Made by a program: the position numbers and the translations under genes. From positions 10,100-74,099 of the forward strand of contig WOUT01000002.1 in the NCBI GenBank assembly GCA_009773005.1: a stretch of DNA of 64,000 nt, in the 5' to 3' direction. Shown here one piece after another: positions 57,068 to 64,000 of this stretch. This DNA comes from Chloroflexota bacterium (lineage in GTDB: Bacteria > Chloroflexota > Anaerolineae > Anaerolineales > Anaerolineaceae). The notes under the pieces were generated by a model that was not told the origin of the DNA, searched no databases, and was given only the letters and a program-made list of their open reading frames with translations. Numbering within the stretch: position 1 is the stretch's first letter; every line of letters begins with the position of its first letter.

Positions 57068-58135
57068 ATGGAAGAAAAAATCGAAAGGATTAAGTTTTCA
57101 GAGGTTTCGGCAGCGCTCAAAGACCTCGATCATCCTTTCCCAGTTAGACTTCTTAGAGGTTTTTCTGATCTGATTTCTAAAGAAATCAAGGAATTGGTTT
57201 CCATCTGGGTGGAATTGCCAGTTCAACGAAAACAAAACCTGCTGGAAGATTTGGAAGAAATTACTGAAAAGGACACCTTGGTAAATTTTGATGAATTAGC
57301 CAAGATGGTGATCGCGGATGGTGATCCTATGGTGCGCGTTCTGGCGCTTCGCCTGCTCTGGGAATGTGAGGATGCGAAAATCGTTCCGGGGATCATCGAG
57401 ATAATGCTCACTGACCCGGATGAAGCCGTTCGAGCAACCTCGGCTGCATTACTCGGTCGGTTTGTATATTTGGGTGAATTGGATTCAATACCTGATGCGG
57501 TTAAGATATCTGTCGTTAAAAACCTTTTAGAAGTCGTTACAGGAGAGGATCTTATTCAGGTCAGGTTGAGAGCGCTTGAATCTTTGGGTTACTCCAGCCA
57601 TCCAAAAGTACCAGCGGTGATTAAGTCAGCTTATGATTCGAATGAAAATCAATGGGTCTCGAGCGCTTTATGTGCAATGGGCAGGTCTGCAGATGACCAG
57701 TGGACTGATCTTGTATTAAATAAGCTGGATTCCAGCGACTCCGAAATCGTTTTTGAAGCTGTCCGAGCAGCAGGGGATCTGGAATTAACCAGCGCGGTGG
57801 ACCAACTCCTTCTCTTAATTGAAGAGGATGATTGTGAGTCTGAACTTCGGCTTGCGACAATCTGGTCGCTTTCACAAATTGGTGGCGATGAAGTAAAAGT
57901 AAAACTCGACGAACTCCTTCAAGGCGCCGAGAATGATGAAGAGCTCAATTGGATCGAGAAAGCTGTTGAAAATTTGGAATTAAGCGGAAATTCTGAAGGG
58001 TTGGATCTCTTGGATTTCGAACGAGATGAAGATAATGAACTTCAAGATTTCGAAGGCGATGAAGGTGAGTTGGATGATGAAGATGAGTTTGAAAGTCTGA
58101 ACATACTAAATGGTGATGATGAAGAAGACGAATGA
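57068..58135 (+). CDS. HEAT-repeat protein with a strongly acidic C-terminal tail
   Basis: 355 aa. Repeated DP.VR..A...LG HEAT-like units (DPMVRVLALRLL, DPDEAVRATSAALLG, VRLRALESLG, SEIVFEAVRAAG). The last ~50 aa are mostly D/E. Confidence 0.75.
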   Translation: MEEKIERIKFSEVSAALKDLDHPFPVRLLRGFSDLISKEIKELVSIWVELPVQRKQNLLEDLEEITEKDTLVNFDELAKMVIADGDPMVRVLALRLLWECEDAKIVPGIIEIMLTDPDEAVRATSAALLGRFVYLGELDSIPDAVKISVVKNLLEVVTGEDLIQVRLRALESLGYSSHPKVPAVIKSAYDSNENQWVSSALCAMGRSADDQWTDLVLNKLDSSDSEIVFEAVRAAGDLELTSAVDQLLLLIEEDDCESELRLATIWSLSQIGGDEVKVKLDELLQGAENDEELNWIEKAVENLELSGNSEGLDLLDFERDEDNELQDFEGDEGELDDEDEFESLNILNGDDEEDE

Positions 58136-58150
58136 AATGGATCTCATTGA

Positions 58151-59347
58151 ATGCGTTGGCTGACACGGATATTAATACTTTCATTGTTCTTGATCCCCAC
58201 CACCAGATCAAGCGCTCAAAGTGATTCTCTCGTTTCAAATGTCACATTGACATATGAATTTGGAAATGCAATCAACGTCAGTGCAGAAATTCTAAATGCA
58301 AAAAACTATTCTGCATTTACTTTGATCCTGCGCCCGGATGGACAGTCCTCTAGGCAAATTGAGTTACATCCTGACGCTGATGGTAAGGGTATAGTTCGAT
58401 ACGATCTCAAACAGGACCCTTTAAAACCATTTGCCAGGATTTACTATTGGTTTGAATTTGAAAATCTGGATAAAACTTCATCCACCAGCCCATCATACTG
58501 GTTCGATTATCTGGATAACAGGTTCTTATGGAAATCAAACGAATCCAATTTATTTCAAATCTCCTGGGTTGAAGGTGACACTTCTTACGGACAAAAATTA
58601 CAGGATATCGCTCGTGAAGGATTTATTAAGGCCACTCAAATCTTACCCGTTGCGCCTGAATTACCAATCCGGATCTACGTTTATCCAGGTATTGAAAAAA
58701 TGCAGGAAGCAATTGCGCTTACAAACCAGTCCTGGGCTGCTGGTCACTCCTCCCCTGATATTGGTGTTATTTTAGTTTCAAATGGCAGCCCCCCCGCAAA
58801 ACTCATCGAAATGGAACGGCAAATTCCGCATGAATTGATGCACATCCTGCAATACCAGATCGCTGGCGCACAATATCGAAATATCCCGGTCTGGTTGAGT
58901 GAAGGTCTGGCAACCTACGCCGAGATTTATCCTGATCCAGATCTAGAACGTGTGTTGAACGAGAGCTATGAGTCAGGAAACCTGATCCTATTTGAGTCGC
59001 TCTGTTCCGGGTTCTCGCAGGATGCAGCCACTGCCCAACTTGGCTACGCGCAGTCGGTTTCGTTCGTTAATTATCTTAATGGAAGGTTCGGCTCAGAATT
59101 TTTTCCGGAATTAATTGAAAATTCAAAATCCGGCCAAAATTGCACTAATTCCATTGAATCGGTTCTGCATATCTCTCTCGCCCAGCTGCAAAAAGACTGG
59201 CAAGAAATCACATTCGCTCAGAAAAACGGGACTGAATTAAATAATGTATACATCCTGGTTATTATTTGTGTCGCGGTGATTGGACTGGTTGGCACAATCC
59301 TCATCATTCGATCCAAATCAAAAAAAACGATTAGCAGGTATGAATAA
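58151..59347 (+). CDS. Extracytoplasmic MA-clan zinc metallopeptidase with a C-terminal membrane anchor
   Basis: 398 aa. Signal peptide (ILILSLFLIPTTRSSAQS), HExxH as IPHELMHILQ with a downstream WLSEGLATYAE, and the C-terminal TM helix VYILVIICVAVIGLVGTILII. Confidence 0.75.
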   Translation: MRWLTRILILSLFLIPTTRSSAQSDSLVSNVTLTYEFGNAINVSAEILNAKNYSAFTLILRPDGQSSRQIELHPDADGKGIVRYDLKQDPLKPFARIYYWFEFENLDKTSSTSPSYWFDYLDNRFLWKSNESNLFQISWVEGDTSYGQKLQDIAREGFIKATQILPVAPELPIRIYVYPGIEKMQEAIALTNQSWAAGHSSPDIGVILVSNGSPPAKLIEMERQIPHELMHILQYQIAGAQYRNIPVWLSEGLATYAEIYPDPDLERVLNESYESGNLILFESLCSGFSQDAATAQLGYAQSVSFVNYLNGRFGSEFFPELIENSKSGQNCTNSIESVLHISLAQLQKDWQEITFAQKNGTELNNVYILVIICVAVIGLVGTILIIRSKSKKTISRYE

Positions 59348-59645
59348 CAATTCTCTGCTCCCTGAGAACAAACAAATTCATCTTTTTATTGACGGACGCG
59401 TCCAGGAAGTTGGGTTTCGATACTTTGTTTATGATTTTGCACAACAAAATGGGCTTTCCGGATGGGTGAGAAATCGTTCTAACGGGCAGGTTGAAGTTCT
59501 TGCGGAAGGTTCGACTGAAGCATTAACCAACCTATTGAATCTCGTAAAGCAGGGACCAAGTAGCTCAGTGGTAACTGAGATCAAATTTGAATGGTCTGAT
59601 GCTGAAAGAAGATATTCTCAATTTTCCATGCTCGTAACCGAATAG
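59340..59645 (+). CDS. acyP: Acylphosphatase
   Basis: 101 aa from the ATG at 59340. Contains GRVQEVGFRYFV and GWVRNRSNGQVE. Overlaps the peptidase stop by 8 nt. The longer track ORF from 59280 was rejected. Confidence 0.85.
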   Translation: MNNNSLLPENKQIHLFIDGRVQEVGFRYFVYDFAQQNGLSGWVRNRSNGQVEVLAEGSTEALTNLLNLVKQGPSSSVVTEIKFEWSDAERRYSQFSMLVTE

Positions 59646-59803
59646 ACTTTGTACCTTGAAACTTTTTTTGTATCCTATGGTAATAAAACATAAAAACTTC
59701 GAAGGATAACCAATGTTATTTTGCGTTTTTGAATAATTTTTAATAATTGTTAATACAATATTATTCTCATACACCACCAAATTAAATGATCCAAAACAAT
59801 ATG

Positions 59804-61852
59804 CTATTCGATCTCTCCTGCCATTAACTTCGCTTTCTTCCAGGGCGGTAGGTTGGATTCTTCAGCCAATAGTCTGCGCAAGTCCAATATTTGATCCCTG
59901 AAAACTGCTGCCTGTTCAAAAGCCAGATCCTTGGCAGATTGACGCATATGAGATTCAAGTTCGGTGATCATCCGCTTGATCTCTTTTTCAGGAATCATCG
60001 GAACCTTCTTTCCAGCTTTGTATTCGCCTTTGCCTTCAGCAGCCATAGGATGATCAGCAGATAACCGCTCGGTGATATCATGGACAGCCTTCACGATTGT
60101 ATAGGGTTCGATGTGATGAACGGTGTTGTAGTCCACCTGTTTTTTACGTCGGCGGTCAGTTTCTCCAATAGCCTGCAGCATGGCATCTGTCATCTTGTCC
60201 GCGTACATGATCACTTTGCCGTTTACATTGCGTGCAGCCCTGCCTATAGTTTGGATCAAAGCTGTGCCAGACCGCAAGAAACCTTGTTTATCGGCGTCGA
60301 GGATCGCTACCATTGAAACTTCCGGCAAGTCTAATCCTTCTCGCAGCAAATTGATACCAACGATCACATCGAACACGCCCATTCGCAAATCGCGTAGAAT
60401 TCCGACGCGCTCCAACGTTTCAACTTCTGAGTGTAGATAATTTACTTTAACCCCGAGTTCAAGCAAATAATCTGAAAGATCTTCAGCCATGCGCTTGGTC
60501 AAGGTTGTGACTAAAACCCTTTCTCCTTTTTCCACTCTTTTTTTGATCTCACTAAATAGATCATCAACCTGCCCCTTGGTAGGTCTGACCTCCACCTGGG
60601 GGTCAACCAGACCGGTTGGTCGGATGATCTGTTCGACAACCTGATTCGCCCGTTCCAATTCAAACTGCGCCGGTGTAGCTGACGTGTAGACCGTATATCC
60701 CATATGATGTTTAAATTCATCAAACGTCAAAGGACGGTTATCCATTGCGCTTGGCAGCCTGAAACCATATTCCACCAGAGTACTCTTGCGCGACTGGTCG
60801 CCATTGTACATACCGCGGATTTGCGGAACGGTCATGTGTGATTCATCAAGAAAGAGCAGGTAATCCGTAGGAAGGTAATCCATCAAGGTCCATGGTGGTG
60901 ACCCGGCGGGTCTTTGGTCCAAATGCCGCGAGTAATTCTCAATGCCGGAACAATAACCCACTTCGTTCAACATTTCCAGATCGTACCGGCAGCGCTGCTC
61001 GATCCGTTGAGCTTCAAGCAGCCGGTTATTGGTTTTAAAATAGCGTAACTGGTCATCCAACTCATTTTCAATATCCGCGATCGCCTGTTTCAGTCTTGTC
61101 TCACTGGCAATATAATGCTTGGCAGGGTAGATTTCTATATGTGATGGTTCGTTAAAGATCTCTCCCGTCAGTGGACTGAACTCAACCATTTTTTCGACTT
61201 CATCCCCAAAGAAACTCAACCGGAATGCTTTCTTCTCTTCATAAGCCGGAAAGATTTCGATCGTATCCCCGCGCACTCGAAAGACTCCCGGACGCAGCTC
61301 AAGGTCATTGCGTTGATACTGGCTTTCGATCAATTGTCTGAGCAACGCGTTTCGTCGGTAAATACCGCCCAATTTTATATTGACAACGACGCTGCTATAG
61401 TTCTCAGGGTTCCCCAACCCATAGATACAAGAGACTGACGCCACAATAATCACGTCTTTGCGTGACATTAATGAGGTTGTGGCTGCCAATCGCATACGGT
61501 CTATCTCTTCATTGATCTCGGTTTCTTTTTCGATATAAAGATCATTCCTCGGAACATATGCTTCTGGTTGATAATAATCGTAGTAGGAAACGAAGTACTC
61601 CACTGCATTTTCCGGAAAGAATTCCCTGAATTCGGAATAGAGTTGAGCAGCCAGAGTTTTATTATGTGCCATTACGAGCGCAGGCATTTGCAATTCCTGT
61701 ACCATATTTGCGATCGTGAATGTCTTACCTGTTGCAGTGGCGCCTAAAAGAACCTGGTCTCGATACCCTTTGTGAACGCCCTCTACCAATTGTTTGATCG
61801 CTTCAGGTTGGTCACCTGTTGGTTTATATGGGGCTTGAAGTTTAAAATCCAT
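59804..61852 (-). CDS. uvrB: Excinuclease ABC subunit B
   Basis: 682 aa. Contains [17 protein letters not shown], the beta-hairpin region, and a C-terminal UVR motif [11 protein letters not shown]. Confidence 0.95.
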   Translation of the reverse strand: MDFKLQAPYKPTGDQPEAIKQLVEGVHKGYRDQVLLGATATGKTFTIANMVQELQMPALVMAHNKTLAAQLYSEFREFFPENAVEYFVSYYDYYQPEAYVPRNDLYIEKETEINEEIDRMRLAATTSLMSRKDVIIVASVSCIYGLGNPENYSSVVVNIKLGGIYRRNALLRQLIESQYQRNDLELRPGVFRVRGDTIEIFPAYEEKKAFRLSFFGDEVEKMVEFSPLTGEIFNEPSHIEIYPAKHYIASETRLKQAIADIENELDDQLRYFKTNNRLLEAQRIEQRCRYDLEMLNEVGYCSGIENYSRHLDQRPAGSPPWTLMDYLPTDYLLFLDESHMTVPQIRGMYNGDQSRKSTLVEYGFRLPSAMDNRPLTFDEFKHHMGYTVYTSATPAQFELERANQVVEQIIRPTGLVDPQVEVRPTKGQVDDLFSEIKKRVEKGERVLVTTLTKRMAEDLSDYLLELGVKVNYLHSEVETLERVGILRDLRMGVFDVIVGINLLREGLDLPEVSMVAILDADKQGFLRSGTALIQTIGRAARNVNGKVIMYADKMTDAMLQAIGETDRRRKKQVDYNTVHHIEPYTIVKAVHDITERLSADHPMAAEGKGEYKAGKKVPMIPEKEIKRMITELESHMRQSAKDLAFEQAAVFRDQILDLRRLLAEESNLPPWKKAKLMAGEIE

Positions 61853-61941
61853 GATTGGTCCTGTGCAATATGAAAGAATCGATAGGCAAATTATAGCACA
61901 TCTGTTCTTTACAGCATGCGCGATTAAGCGTGATTAGGGAA

Positions 61942-63327
61942 TTATGCTTTAGTGGAACAAATTGCCGGAAGGTACACTTCAAACAACGCCCCGCCAGCCG
62001 GATGATTACCGCCAGTTACGTCGCCCCCCATAAGTTGAGCCAGTTTTTTTGCAATTGAAAGACCCACCCCTGTCCCGCCGGTGTCACGGCTTCTTGCCCG
62101 GTCATCTCGGTAAAAGCGTTCAAACAGATGTGGAATACTTTCTGCAGGAATCCCGGGCCCATGATCATGAACTGCGATACATAGTCTTTCCTGTTTTATA
62201 TTTAATGCAACATCAATTACACCTTCTATTTTTCCATATCTCATTGCGTTTGAAAGCAAATTAAGCAAGATTTGGTATAAACGATCAGTGTCAATACTCA
62301 CTGTTGACCCAATAACATTCTGATTAATATCCAATGTAATCGTGGCGTGATTTACTTCAGCCTGTGGACGAAAGTTTTCAACGATTTTTGGCAGCCATTC
62401 GCTGAGAACAATTGGCTGCATTTCAAGCAGGAGTTCTCCGGCGTCAGCCAGCGCCAAAATGCGCAAGTCATCGACCATCCGTGAGAGAAAATTCGTTTGG
62501 TCCGCTATAGTGGATAAATTCTCATTGTTAAGTGGGAGTACGCCATCCATCATGGCTTCAATTTGCGCTTTTTGAACCGCAATCGGCGTTCGCAATTCGT
62601 GAGCAACATCTGCTGTTAGCGCTTTTTTACGTTCTTCTGCAACCTCAAGACTTTCAGCCATATGATTGAAAGCAGTTCCAAGCGTGGCAATTTCATCCTT
62701 CCCGGTTACATTCACTCGAGTGGACAGATTTCCGGATGAAAGCACACTGGTCGCTTTTGTAAGATCTCTGATCGGTTTCAGCAATTGATTCGCGGTGACG
62801 ATTGCGAGAAAAAGTGCAACCAGACTGGCGATTCCTCCAGCCCACAAAACTGCAGTACGAAGCTTTTCAACAAATGGACTGATTTCGCTGGCCTGGATTG
62901 AATTAACACCCTCGACGACAAGAAACCCTGTCGTTTGTTTGTTATCTCCAATTAACATAATTGCATTTTTTAGGTTTTCCTGACCCAATTTATCGCCAAC
63001 AGAATAAGTCGATTCACTCCAAATGATCTTCCCGTCCATATCCGCGAGTGCGAATTGACTCATAATTCCCCTGACATTTCCCCCCATTCCTTTTCCCATA
63101 ATCCCAGTTGAAAAGACAGTCTCAACCCCTGCCCAGGATTGGTTGGTTTGGTAAAAATCTTCCAAAGTTATGACCATGTTTTCAACACCAAATTGCCCGC
63201 CATGGGTCATGTAATAATTTAATTGGCGGTTGCTATCAATATTTGTGTAGACCACAATACTCACAATGGCAGCAAAAGCCACACCTATGAACGCGAGGAT
63301 CAACCGCAATTTCAGTGGAATATTCAA
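61942..63327 (-). CDS. Sensor histidine kinase (TM, periplasmic domain, TM, HAMP, HisKA, HATPase_c)
   Basis: 461 aa. Contains the H-box VAHELRTPI, the N-box LLNLLSNAMRY and the G-box GTGVGLSIAKKL. Confidence 0.85.
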   Translation of the reverse strand: MNIPLKLRLILAFIGVAFAAIVSIVVYTNIDSNRQLNYYMTHGGQFGVENMVITLEDFYQTNQSWAGVETVFSTGIMGKGMGGNVRGIMSQFALADMDGKIIWSESTYSVGDKLGQENLKNAIMLIGDNKQTTGFLVVEGVNSIQASEISPFVEKLRTAVLWAGGIASLVALFLAIVTANQLLKPIRDLTKATSVLSSGNLSTRVNVTGKDEIATLGTAFNHMAESLEVAEERKKALTADVAHELRTPIAVQKAQIEAMMDGVLPLNNENLSTIADQTNFLSRMVDDLRILALADAGELLLEMQPIVLSEWLPKIVENFRPQAEVNHATITLDINQNVIGSTVSIDTDRLYQILLNLLSNAMRYGKIEGVIDVALNIKQERLCIAVHDHGPGIPAESIPHLFERFYRDDRARSRDTGGTGVGLSIAKKLAQLMGGDVTGGNHPAGGALFEVYLPAICSTKA

Positions 63328-63330
63328 CTG

Positions 63331-64000
63331 CTACTCATCTTCCCGTGCAAAACGATACCCAATTCCAAATACTGTTTTTACATAATGAGGATTCCTGGTA
63401 TCCCGCTCCAGTTTAATACGCAGATTTTTTATGTGCGCGTCTATAGTTCGCTCGTAACCTTCATACGCCTGACCTTGAATGACTTCAAGCAGCTGAAAGC
63501 GTGAATATACCCTGCCCGGGTTCTCTGCCATAACTTTCAACAGAGAAAATTCTGAAGGTGTCAGTTCGAGCTCCTGATCTCCTCGCAGTACCAGATGTGC
63601 ATCAGGATCAATCGTTATATCCAAAACCTGCACTTTCGTTTTGCTCGGATTTGTTTTCTCAACCCGCCGTAAAACAGCCTTCACTCGTGCAACCACCTCA
63701 CGCGGAGAAAATGGTTTACTGATGTAATCATCTGCCCCGGTTTCCAACCCTTTCAACTTGTCTATTTCTTCAACCCTGGCCGTCACCATGATGATTGGAA
63801 TGTTCTTTTGTTTATTAACTTCACGCGCTACATCCATTCCATCCATACCGGGCAGGTTGAGATCCAACAAGATCAGGTCGGGATTCTCTGTGAGGCTGAG
63901 ATCGTATCCTGTATCTCCCCGTGATGCGGTTATGACCGAAAATCCCTCTTTCTCCAGATAAGACCTCAGGATGCGGGTCAATGAAGGCTCATCTTCAACT
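63331..64000 (-). CDS. OmpR-family response regulator. Partial: the N-terminus lies beyond the right window edge.
   Basis: The frame stays open to the edge and reads ...VEDEPSLTRILRSYLEKEGF...DLILLDLNLPGMDG...KPF. The C-terminal winged helix contains VFGIGYRF. The track Met at 63981 is an internal TTG (Leu). Confidence 0.9.
   Translation of the reverse strand, partial: VEDEPSLTRILRSYLEKEGFSVITASRGDTGYDLSLTENPDLILLDLNLPGMDGMDVAREVNKQKNIPIIMVTARVEEIDKLKGLETGADDYISKPFSPREVVARVKAVLRRVEKTNPSKTKVQVLDITIDPDAHLVLRGDQELELTPSEFSLLKVMAENPGRVYSRFQLLEVIQGQAYEGYERTIDAHIKNLRIKLERDTRNPHYVKTVFGIGYRFAREDE

Overview
This is a densely coding 64-kb stretch of bacterial chromosome with about 55 CDS on both strands, many translationally coupled, and almost all housekeeping. 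Recognisable content:
- tRNA/rRNA modification: miaA (partial, left edge), a THUMP methyltransferase, ygiQ.
- Alpha-glucan metabolism: glgA-malQ, a 1157-aa GH13 enzyme and a GH57/DUF3536-type enzyme.
- Redox: Fe/Mn SOD, ferredoxin, trxB, and a Tat-DUF362 plus NapH/NapG-like polyferredoxin pair.
- Envelope: mltG, a Tat L,D-transpeptidase, LysM and PG-binding proteins, rseP.
- Division: ftsZ.
- DNA repair: ruvX, recJ, uvrB, and a split helicase-nuclease set.
- Mevalonate pathway: a thiolase and an MvaD-family decarboxylase.
- An OmpR-type two-component pair at the right edge (the response regulator runs off the window).

I recognised no rRNA, tRNA, CRISPR array, transposase, integrase or phage gene, and no obvious compositional island. 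GC content was not computed. The protein flavour suggests a Chloroflexota (Anaerolineae-like) genome: Pro/Thr-rich linkers on secreted proteins, Tat lipoproteins, ftsZ without ftsA/ftsQ next to it, MVA pathway genes and GH57. This is inference only.

I do not see a textbook defence or biosynthetic island. The best candidates for something undescribed are:
1. A five-gene, tightly coupled DNA-end-processing operon in which an AddAB-like machine appears split into three polypeptides, flanked by a DEDDh exonuclease and RecJ.
2. An ftsZ operon with an uncharacterised 452-aa protein upstream and two small SD-preceded ORFs downstream.
3. A Tat-exported DUF362 protein coupled to a fused NapH/NapG-like membrane polyferredoxin.
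4. An MtaD-type deaminase fused to a CYTH domain.
5. An rseP, HEAT/acidic protein, tethered MA-peptidase and acyP operon.

All functional calls rest on motifs read by eye from the translations. No database search was run.
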